The notes under the pieces: model-generated | What the model was told of the DNA's origin: nothing | The model's database searches: none | What the model saw: only the letters and a program-made list of their open reading frames with translations | Made by a program: the position numbers and the translations under genes | Virus record (IMG/VR): IMGVR_UViG_3300018414_000007 | Span: 1-64,000 of that record | DNA length: 64,000 nt | Direction: 5' to 3' (one strand) | Origin: a virus | Part shown: positions 30,463 to 38,209 of the stretch, piece after piece | How positions within the stretch are numbered: position 1 is the stretch's first letter | Layout: the number at the start of each line of letters is the position of its first letter

Positions 30463-30529
30463 ATATGATAGGATATAGAGTATGAAGTTAACACAAATTA
30501 TCTACAAACAAATTTAAATTTAAAACAAA

Positions 30530-31060
30530 ATGAATAAAAGATTTTTAACAGGCTTTGCTATGATGCATTTAGCCGCTGATGCTGCTTCTCAAGGTGGAAA
30601 TAGCAATGAATTAACTAAAGAACAAGTTAAACAAATCATTGAATCTCGTAAAATTGTTACAGAACCTGGTCAATATCAGGCTAAAGTAACTAATGTTACT
30701 CTTTATACAAGAGAAGATGATACATTAGTACAAATCAATAACTTTGATTTGATGACTCCTTGGAATCTATCTGAAGCAAAGCGTTTGTATAAAGAAGGAG
30801 AGTATACTGAAGCTGCAAGCCAAAAGCTCTCTAACAATTCAAGAGTAGGTACTGATTTCTGCCCTAAGAAAGGAGATATTGTAAATGTTGTATTAGATAT
30901 AATTGCTACTAAGAATCAACCAAATGGTGTTCTTTTGATTAAAGCAATTATGCCTCTTGAAACAAAGAAAGCATCTGCTGTATCTTTTGGTTTTGATGAT
31001 GAAACTGAAGAAGTTAATTTAGCAACTGAAAAAGCAGTTGAAGAACCAGCATTAACTTAA
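30530..31060 (+). CDS. hypothetical protein, possible OB-fold with acidic tail
   Basis: Strong A-rich leader, beta-rich core, acidic C-terminus, downstream hairpin. Confidence 0.65.
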   Translation: MNKRFLTGFAMMHLAADAASQGGNSNELTKEQVKQIIESRKIVTEPGQYQAKVTNVTLYTREDDTLVQINNFDLMTPWNLSEAKRLYKEGEYTEAASQKLSNNSRVGTDFCPKKGDIVNVVLDIIATKNQPNGVLLIKAIMPLETKKASAVSFGFDDETEEVNLATEKAVEEPALT

Positions 31061-31072
31061 TTGTAAACCTAA

Positions 31073-31100
31073 TAGTAGTAGAGCCTATCCTCTACTACTA
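31073..31100 (+). terminator. hairpin/terminator
   Basis: TAGTAGTAGAG-N6-CTCTACTACTA perfect 11-bp stem; weak U-tract. Confidence 0.55.
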
Positions 31101-31115
31101 ATTTAAATTAAAACT

Positions 31116-31298
31116 ATGAAATCAAAAGCATTTGGAATAACATTTTTAATATTGTTATTCTTGTTACATCTCATACCACTTATTATATATATTATATCAA
31201 GAAATATCAATACTCTTAGTATGTATGCTGGTCTTTTAGTACTTGATATAATTATAATAACAATTTGCGATATGAATGGTTTATTTACTGATTATTAA
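31116..31298 (+). CDS. two-TM small membrane protein
   Basis: Two hydrophobic segments. Confidence 0.55.
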   Translation: MKSKAFGITFLILLFLLHLIPLIIYIISRNINTLSMYAGLLVLDIIIITICDMNGLFTDY

Positions 31299-31309
31299 CC
31301 TTAATTAAT

Positions 31310-31786
31310 ATGAAATTAAAACAAAAATCTTGGTATGCTTGGTATTATCAGAACTTTTATGGTGAAGATTTACCAGTATCTTTATGTGTATTCTTTTGGA
31401 AAGAATTACTAGCAATAATACTATTTCCTATTACATGGCTTAATGTTATATTTAATTACAAAAAACAAGACTACGATAGACTTCCTATTGGATTAACTAT
31501 TGCATTACATTGTGTAGGAATAGGAGTTGGGTTATTAATTACAATTCCATTACATCTTAAAAATCCAATACATTTACTTTGGGTAGGTATTCCCGGTTTA
31601 ATTTTATTAGCAATATTAATTGGTATCGTAGTAGGAGTAGGTTTTGTATTATATCAATTAGTTGGATTTATATCTAGATTATTTTATAAATATAAACCTG
31701 CTTATAAAGAACCTAAACCCAGTTGGTTTAAAGAAGGTATAAAAGCATTCTTTGGTAAATATTGTCCTAAAATAGATTGGTTATGA
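31310..31786 (+). CDS. multi-pass membrane protein
   Basis: LPVSLCVFFW, three TMs, C-terminal KYCPKIDW. Confidence 0.65.
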   Translation: MKLKQKSWYAWYYQNFYGEDLPVSLCVFFWKELLAIILFPITWLNVIFNYKKQDYDRLPIGLTIALHCVGIGVGLLITIPLHLKNPIHLLWVGIPGLILLAILIGIVVGVGFVLYQLVGFISRLFYKYKPAYKEPKPSWFKEGIKAFFGKYCPKIDWL

Positions 31787-31943
31787 TTTATAGACTTATT
31801 ATAATACTTTCAGTATTATTCTTTGCTATGCACAATAAAATAACTATTGGAGAATTTTATATTATCTGGTGTATATTATTAGTAGATCTAATAAAAATAA
31901 TGATGAATATGGAAATAATGATTATTTCTATTAAATAAGGTAA

Positions 31944-32015
31944 GGTCCTGTAGTTCAACGGATAGAACGGGAGATTTCTAATCTCTAGATAATGGTTCGA
32001 TTCCATTCAGGACTA
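31944..32015 (+). tRNA. tRNA-Arg (UCU)
   Basis: GGTCCTG/CAGGACT acceptor, GTTC/GAAC D-stem, GGAGA-TTTCTAA-TCTCT, AATGG-TTCGATT-CCATT; AGA is the dominant Arg codon in the ORFs. Confidence 0.92.
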
Positions 32016-32036
32016 CAATTAATCAAATTAAATAAT

Positions 32037-32270
32037 ATAAAAATAGAATTAGAACAAACAACAAACAATACTGTACCAATTAAAATATCAGTTACAATAG
32101 AAACTCAAGAAGAATTTGATAGTATATCTAATTTTACAGGATGTGTTATTGTAAATGATTTAATAGATACTATTGAAAGACCTGCTGTAAAACAATTTTT
32201 ATCAGTAAAGTCAAGAAAAACTATTATTGCAAACTTTTTACAAGGATTTTGGAAAAAACTAGTGTTATGA
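32037..32270 (+). CDS. hypothetical protein (probable ATA start)
   Basis: Track start 31992 lies inside the tRNA; the recurring leader motif ends at ATA 32037. Confidence 0.4.
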   Translation: MKIELEQTTNNTVPIKISVTIETQEEFDSISNFTGCVIVNDLIDTIERPAVKQFLSVKSRKTIIANFLQGFWKKLVL

Positions 32271-33103
32271 AAAAGTATAAATTAATTAAAGAATATCCGG
32301 GTTCACCTAAACTGGGAACTATAGTAGAACATGAAACTAAATGTGTATGTCCTAATTATAAAGTTAGTATAAATCAAGAAACTTGGATATTTGCAGAATC
32401 TAGTATACAGAATTTCCCTGAATTTTGGAAAGAGATAATAGGAAAAGAATATGAAATATTATCTTTTAAAATTAATGAGGATATATATAGTCATGTAATT
32501 ATACTAAATAAAACTCGAAAAGGATTTATGAATACATTAAACGGTTTATATTTATATGAAGAACAACTATTAACCAATAATGACTATAAAATATATTCAG
32601 TAAAACGTTTATCAGATGGAGAAGTGTTTACTATTGGTGATGGTATTAAATCTACTGAATGGTCTAAAAAAGATGATCAAGATATAATTACAAATATATG
32701 CATTTGTACTGAAGATCATAGTAAAGTATTTGGAAATTTAAAACCAAATAAAATAATTTTACAAACAGAAATAACTTGGCAATGTAATTTAGAATCTGCA
32801 ATTAAAGTTAAAAAACCATTATTTACTACAGAAGATGGAGTAGATATATTTGAAGGTGACACATTTAGTATAGTTTATTCTGATTTTTCTACTCATTACA
32901 ATGTAACCTTTAAAAATCTTATTAAACCATTTTGTAAGGTATTTTCAACAAAAGAAAAAGCAGAAGAATATATTTTATTAAATAAACCTGTTTTAACTTA
33001 TAATGATATCATTAATATTACTCAATTTATAACAGCAGTAGAAAGAGCGTGTGTATTAATTCAAACTGAAAAATTACTAAAACAAAAACTTAATATTAAA
33101 TAA
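32267..33103 (+). CDS. Bacteroidota-phage hypothetical protein
   Basis: KKYKLIKEYPGSP, SVKRLSDGEVFTIGD and LFTTEDGVDIFEGD modules. Confidence 0.65.
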   Translation: MKKYKLIKEYPGSPKLGTIVEHETKCVCPNYKVSINQETWIFAESSIQNFPEFWKEIIGKEYEILSFKINEDIYSHVIILNKTRKGFMNTLNGLYLYEEQLLTNNDYKIYSVKRLSDGEVFTIGDGIKSTEWSKKDDQDIITNICICTEDHSKVFGNLKPNKIILQTEITWQCNLESAIKVKKPLFTTEDGVDIFEGDTFSIVYSDFSTHYNVTFKNLIKPFCKVFSTKEKAEEYILLNKPVLTYNDIINITQFITAVERACVLIQTEKLLKQKLNIK

Positions 33104-33104
33104 C

Positions 33105-33482
33105 ATGAATGCAACAATAACAACTGGAATAATTTTATTAGCTACATTAATAGCTATTAATTTAACTTGTATAATAATCAATCATTTTGTAATTAAAGCG
33201 GAAATAAATGATATATTAGACAAGGATTTAAGAATAGATTTACTTCAATCTCTTCAACCTATTTATAAAATATTCTTTAAAAGGGTAATAATCTCAGCAA
33301 ATACAGATTATTTTAGTTGTAAAGAAGATTATATAAGATATTCAAGTTATTTAAATATTGAAGGATTGCAAGAAGATTTAAATAATTTTTATCATAAATC
33401 CAGAAGAAAAGAACATACAGATTATGAGTTATTTAATGAATTTAAAGAAAAGAAAGTTTTAGAAGTAGAAGAAATGTTTTGA
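33105..33482 (+). CDS. membrane-anchored hypothetical protein
   Basis: N-terminal TM. Confidence 0.5.
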   Translation: MNATITTGIILLATLIAINLTCIIINHFVIKAEINDILDKDLRIDLLQSLQPIYKIFFKRVIISANTDYFSCKEDYIRYSSYLNIEGLQEDLNNFYHKSRRKEHTDYELFNEFKEKKVLEVEEMF

Positions 33483-33509
33483 TTTTTCAATTATTTTATC
33501 GTATTTTTG
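33478..33509 (+). promoter_or_regulatory. Bacteroidota-type promoter
   Basis: TTTG-N20-TATTTTTG. Confidence 0.75.
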
Positions 33510-33529
33510 TATAATATTCCAATTATTTA

Positions 33530-33958
33530 ATGTATGAAATTAAAGACTTTACTAATCTCTTTACCTCTACTAAGCTATCTGAACTATTAATATTAGCAAT
33601 TCTAGTATTTTTAGGTGTTGCTGCAAGAATTAGTATAGATATTGAGATTAGTAAAAAGTCTTTTAAACAGATTAAATTTTTTCCTAGATATTTCTTAGCA
33701 TTAGTATTATCTTATGTTATTGAATTATATTTAGTGGAACATGAAGATGCAAGAAAATATTACGCAGAAATTATAATATTATTTTGTATCTTTGTAAATG
33801 ATCTTATTAAGTTTGTACTTAATAACACTGGTAGAATATTTATTTATATTTTAAGTGCCTTTACTAAAGGTGTATTTGATTTAAAGAAGTTTCTTGCTAA
33901 ATCTGAGAATAATGGAAACAAACCAATAAATAAAGAATTTGATAATAAAGAAGAATAA
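33530..33958 (+). CDS. three-TM membrane protein, holin-like
   Basis: Three hydrophobic segments, charged C-tail. Confidence 0.55.
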   Translation: MYEIKDFTNLFTSTKLSELLILAILVFLGVAARISIDIEISKKSFKQIKFFPRYFLALVLSYVIELYLVEHEDARKYYAEIIILFCIFVNDLIKFVLNNTGRIFIYILSAFTKGVFDLKKFLAKSENNGNKPINKEFDNKEE

Positions 33959-34404
33959 TGTATTATGCAGGACAATTAATTGATATTTCTCTATGGTCTT
34001 GGTTACTTCTTATAATGATTAAGAGAGTAATATGTAGAGGCTTTGATATAAGATTAAATACAATAGTAACAGCTTTTAAACAACATAGCTTTATATCTAT
34101 TACAAGAGAAAAACTTCACAATCTAATCAAGAATCATCATTACTATAGTGAAATATTAATATTAATTGCATCAGCATTAATGGTAATAAGTATAAGTAAC
34201 GACTTATATTTATACAGTCATAATCTTATAGATAAGATACAAACACTAGATATATTTAAACAATTAGTATTTAGTAAACTTATTAGTATAGGATTAATTT
34301 TTAAGTTTAGACGATCTCAGCCTAAACTATTCAGTAACATAAAGGAGGAAATCAAAGATGCATACAATAAAATTGTTTCTCCCTTTTCAGAAGCAGTTCA
34401 TTGA
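33958..34404 (+). CDS. multi-pass membrane protein
   Basis: About three hydrophobic segments; coupled to previous ORF. Confidence 0.55.
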   Translation: MYYAGQLIDISLWSWLLLIMIKRVICRGFDIRLNTIVTAFKQHSFISITREKLHNLIKNHHYYSEILILIASALMVISISNDLYLYSHNLIDKIQTLDIFKQLVFSKLISIGLIFKFRRSQPKLFSNIKEEIKDAYNKIVSPFSEAVH

Positions 34405-34510
34405 CCTTGGAGAAGGTAAAGATTTAGAAGCAACTGCAATACAATCACAGAAAAAACTTTTAGAACAAAATATATTATCTTGGATAATATACATACGTAA
34501 TGAGGATTAA
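34358..34510 (+). CDS. 50-aa hypothetical protein
   Basis: Manually translated MHTIKLFLPFQKQFIDLGEG...; AAGGAGG upstream. Confidence 0.4.
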   Translation: MHTIKLFLPFQKQFIDLGEGKDLEATAIQSQKKLLEQNILSWIIYIRNED

Positions 34511-34524
34511 TAGTCCTCTTTTTT
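34502..34524 (+). terminator. intrinsic terminator
   Basis: GAGGATT-AAT-AGTCCTC-TTTTTT. Confidence 0.75.
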
Positions 34525-34535
34525 ATTTTATATAT

Positions 34536-34670
34536 ATGAGTAAATCAAGTAGAAAAAGAAAAGCACAGAGGAGATTAGACTCTAAGATGGGTAATTATGA
34601 TAAATTTGGAGGTAAGTCTCCTTATAGTGGTCATAAATTAAATAAACCAGGAAGTAAACAAATTAAATAG
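34536..34670 (+). CDS. 44-aa highly basic peptide
   Basis: Manually translated MSKSSRKRKAQRRLDSK...KPGSKQIK. Confidence 0.5.
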   Translation: MSKSSRKRKAQRRLDSKMGNYDKFGGKSPYSGHKLNKPGSKQIK

Positions 34671-34672
34671 AA

Positions 34673-35197
34673 ATGGGATCAACAATTTTAAATAATATAA
34701 CAGACACACCTTATTATATAAATTGGTTAAAAGATCAAGATTTTGTACAAAATTTCCATAAAACAATTATAAATCAAAATACATACCAATCACAAATAAA
34801 TAATACTATGGCAAAAGCAGTAAAAGAAGAAGGAGAACCCGCTCCTTCAGAAGAAAATAAAGGTAAAAAATGTTTTAGAGATTTAAAAATAGGTGATGAA
34901 TATTACCAAACAATACCTACTACTGGTATGTTATCAGTTATTAAAGTAACTTCTTTAGTTAAGTATGATGATAAAAGAGTTGTAGTTAATGGTAGTCATA
35001 CAGTTAATTTTGAGAATACACTACACAACGCAACTACTTTTATAGTATATTTAGATAAAGATGAAGCTGAATTTTCTATTATAGAAGGTTTAGAAAAGAA
35101 ATTAGAACAAGAGGTAAAAGATCTTGTGATAAGAGAACAATCTTTAAAAGAAAAAACTCAAAGACTTGAAGAATTAAAAAATAAATTTAAAAAATAA
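34673..35197 (+). CDS. hypothetical protein with C-terminal coiled coil
   Basis: ORF track. Confidence 0.55.
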   Translation: MGSTILNNITDTPYYINWLKDQDFVQNFHKTIINQNTYQSQINNTMAKAVKEEGEPAPSEENKGKKCFRDLKIGDEYYQTIPTTGMLSVIKVTSLVKYDDKRVVVNGSHTVNFENTLHNATTFIVYLDKDEAEFSIIEGLEKKLEQEVKDLVIREQSLKEKTQRLEELKNKFKK

Positions 35198-35220
35198 AAA
35201 CAAATAAAACTTTCATTAAC

Positions 35221-35544
35221 ATGGAAAAAAATAATAACTCTATATTCTTCTTCTATCCAGATGCAGAAGAAGGTCAACCAAGAAAAGTAATTGCTGGAGT
35301 ATTTAACTCTAATACTAATACTCTTATAATTGCTAAATCAGAATGTTCTCCTAAAGACAACTTCTGTAAAGATAAAGGTAGGAAGATTGCATTAGGTAGA
35401 GCCTTATGTAATAGAGAAATTAAAGTTAAAGAGTATAAAGGTAAACAATCTAAAACAAATAAAAATTTGTTACCAAGAATCTTTAACTTAGAATCTGCTG
35501 AAAAACCACAACAAAAATTCATTCAAATAGCAAAATCACTTTAA
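35221..35544 (+). CDS. conserved phage protein (S.CSP.DNF.K..GR.IA motif)
   Basis: SECSPKDNFCKDKGRKIALGRA. Confidence 0.65.
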   Translation: MEKNNNSIFFFYPDAEEGQPRKVIAGVFNSNTNTLIIAKSECSPKDNFCKDKGRKIALGRALCNREIKVKEYKGKQSKTNKNLLPRIFNLESAEKPQQKFIQIAKSL

Positions 35545-35545
35545 C

Positions 35546-36265
35546 ATGGCTAGGCTACAAGATATAGAAAAAATAATAGATAACTACGAAGAGAAGTTAA
35601 GAAAAGAAAAGCCTTTAAAAGCGTATAGTCATAGTAACAATTCTCTTGAATTAGAATCTGTACCTTATAATAAAACAGATTTAAAAAGCTTTATCATAGA
35701 CTTCTTTAAAGACAATCATGGATACAATCCTAAACCTTGTTTTGCTAGAACTATTCAAACTAGAGAAGGGAAAGAAGAAACAACTAGTAGAGGACAAAGA
35801 AGAACTGCTGGAGATATATTCAGGTTTGCATTAAGATATTATTCTGATGATATTACTTTATATGATGTTATGGAAATATTATATGATTTAGTACAAAATG
35901 AATATAAATTTCAGACTCCTAACAGTAATAGTGATTATGCTACTCTTTATATGAATATTTGTAGTACTATTTATAGAAGGGTATTTAATTTATCACCTGG
36001 TTATAAAGGAAAATATAAATTTGATTCTAGTAATCAATATTATACTGATACTAGCACTAGTTCTATTAGAAATGAATTTCATATATTTGGATCTGATTAC
36101 ACTTTACTTTTTGATACTAAAGAAGGTAAGGAATTAGTTTCAAGTAAACGTAATGAAATTGTTATTCCTGCTAATATGACTAGTGAAGAGCTAGATAGGT
36201 TAGTTATGGAAAAACTAAAAAAATTGAAATCTCCAATAAAATTGGATAAAGTAGGTTATTTCTAA
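35546..36265 (+). CDS. hypothetical protein
   Basis: ORF track; RRTAGDI and CSTIYRRVF motifs. Confidence 0.6.
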   Translation: MARLQDIEKIIDNYEEKLRKEKPLKAYSHSNNSLELESVPYNKTDLKSFIIDFFKDNHGYNPKPCFARTIQTREGKEETTSRGQRRTAGDIFRFALRYYSDDITLYDVMEILYDLVQNEYKFQTPNSNSDYATLYMNICSTIYRRVFNLSPGYKGKYKFDSSNQYYTDTSTSSIRNEFHIFGSDYTLLFDTKEGKELVSSKRNEIVIPANMTSEELDRLVMEKLKKLKSPIKLDKVGYF

Positions 36266-36304
36266 ACTATCTCCTCCAATAAAGCGTTAAAAAGGAGGTA
36301 GATT

Positions 36305-38191
36305 ATAGAAAGTAAAATAAATTTTGTAGGTCCAGAGGATTTATACAAAGAGGAAGGTAATCAACTATATGATCTAAAATCTATAGAAGATTGCCTTTCT
36401 TGGTTAAAGACATTATCATCAGTATCTTTAGATACAGAAACAGAAGGATTTTTTAATTTTAAGAATAAAATTATAATGCTTCAGTTATCTGACGGTAAAG
36501 AAGTTTGGGTGATAGATGTAAGAGGAAAAGAATACTATAATAAGTTAAAACCTGTATTAGAAAGTATTTTAGTATTAGGTCAAAATTTAAAGTTTGATTA
36601 CAAATTCTTAAAATTTGAAGGAATAGAACTAAATAATATATATGATACATTCTTAGCTGAATGTGCTTTAACTAACGGTCTTACTGAAAGGCAATTAGGA
36701 TTAGGAGCTATTGCTAAGAAGTATTTAGATGTTAATTTAGATAAATCTGTTAGAAATCAATTTATAGGATTAGAAGGTAAACCCTTTACATTCAAACAAA
36801 TTATATATGGTGCAGAAGATGTACTGTATTTACATAAAATAAGAGAATTACAATTACAGAAAGCAGCAGAGTTAGATCTAGTAGATTATATACTATTAGA
36901 ATGTCAAGCTTGTCTTGCAATCAGTGATATTGAATATAATGGTCTTGGATTTAATCCTCAAGCTTGGTTAGATTTAGCTAAAAAGGTAAATAGTAATATA
37001 CCTCAGCTAGAATTAGAATTAGATCAGTTTATATTATCTGAACCAAAGAAGTATTATAAGTTTATTAACCAAACTCCTCAATTAGATATATTTGGAGGTG
37101 AAAGTAGAAGAGTATTAGTTGAATGGAGTAGTCCTACACAAATGCTTAAGCTACTTAAAGTAGTCTTAAATGATCCAAATTTAGAAAAGACTGAGGAAAA
37201 AGAAATTGCTAAATATCAATTTGATTATCCATTTATTAGTAAATTCATAGATTATAAGAAAGAAGCTAAACTTGCTTCTACTTATGGTGAAGATTTTATT
37301 AAGTATGTTAATCCTGTTACAGGTAGAATCCATAGTGATTTTTGGCAGATTCTAGTTACTAGTAGAGTTAGTTCTAATAATCCTAATTTACAAAACCTTC
37401 CAGCTAAAAATGATTATTTAAATTGTTTTGTAGCAGATAAAGGTAAGAAAATAATAGGTATAGATTACAAAGGACAAGAAGCAAGAATAGCTGCTTGTTT
37501 TAGTAAAGAAGCTACTTGGTTAGATGCTATTAAAGATGATAAAGACTTACATGGTGAAGTTGCTAAGCTTATGTTTAATATTACAGATGCTGAAGTAAGA
37601 AATAAACCAGATTTTCTTAGAGGTAAATCTTATAGAGATATAGCTAAGAATATTAACTTTATGGCTTTATTTGGTGGTACTAAATGGAAGTTAAGTAAAA
37701 TGCTTTTGTGTAGCTTAGATGAAGCTCAGGATCTATTAGACAGATACTTTTCTGCAACTAAGAACTTACAAGTATATTTAAATAAATGTGCTTCTTATGG
37801 CCTTAAAAGAGGTTATATAAGAAGTGGTAAACCATATAGTGCTATTAGATGGTTTGAGAATTGGAAAGAAAATTTAGATATTTATAAAGACTCTAAAATT
37901 ATTGGAGAAATTACAAGAAACTGTTTTAATAGTCCAATTCAATCTACTGCAGCTATTACTACTAAATTAGCATTAATTAAACTAAGAGATTATATAAAAG
38001 ATAATTCTTTGTCTAACAAAGTAAAGATTATTCATGTAGTTCATGATGCAATATATACTGAAGTAGATGATGATATTTGTAATGAATTTGCAGAAATTCA
38101 ATCAAATATAATGAAAAAGGCTGGTAAAGTATTCATACAAGATTTAATTATGGATACAGATATAACCATAGATATATATTGGAAAAAATAA
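36305..38191 (+). CDS. polA: family A DNA polymerase with 3'-5' exonuclease; true start upstream of the track start
   Basis: Frame open from 36302 includes ExoI SLDTETEG; ExoII GQNLKFD, ExoIII YGAED, motif A DYKGQEAR, motif B RDIAKNINF, motif C VHD. Confidence 0.9.
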   Translation: MESKINFVGPEDLYKEEGNQLYDLKSIEDCLSWLKTLSSVSLDTETEGFFNFKNKIIMLQLSDGKEVWVIDVRGKEYYNKLKPVLESILVLGQNLKFDYKFLKFEGIELNNIYDTFLAECALTNGLTERQLGLGAIAKKYLDVNLDKSVRNQFIGLEGKPFTFKQIIYGAEDVLYLHKIRELQLQKAAELDLVDYILLECQACLAISDIEYNGLGFNPQAWLDLAKKVNSNIPQLELELDQFILSEPKKYYKFINQTPQLDIFGGESRRVLVEWSSPTQMLKLLKVVLNDPNLEKTEEKEIAKYQFDYPFISKFIDYKKEAKLASTYGEDFIKYVNPVTGRIHSDFWQILVTSRVSSNNPNLQNLPAKNDYLNCFVADKGKKIIGIDYKGQEARIAACFSKEATWLDAIKDDKDLHGEVAKLMFNITDAEVRNKPDFLRGKSYRDIAKNINFMALFGGTKWKLSKMLLCSLDEAQDLLDRYFSATKNLQVYLNKCASYGLKRGYIRSGKPYSAIRWFENWKENLDIYKDSKIIGEITRNCFNSPIQSTAAITTKLALIKLRDYIKDNSLSNKVKIIHVVHDAIYTEVDDDICNEFAEIQSNIMKKAGKVFIQDLIMDTDITIDIYWKK

Positions 38192-38209
38192 ATATTAAAT
38201 TAAAAAATA

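Noticed and set aside
26500-31100. CRISPR array, DGR or retron as explanation for the structured elements
   Set aside because: No direct repeats with spacers, and no reverse transcriptase or cas gene in the window
31992-32036. Track start codon for the 92-aa ORF
   Set aside because: Lies inside the T-arm of tRNA-Arg
32016-32060. tRNA-associated theta (HDV-like) ribozyme 3' of the tRNAs
   Set aside because: Sequence downstream of both tRNAs is nearly pure A/T with no capacity for the nested pseudoknot
36263-36301. Read-through fusion of ORF 35546-36265 to polA (same frame)
   Set aside because: Would need to bypass both TAA 36263 and TAG 36299; the SD plus ATA start is a simpler explanation
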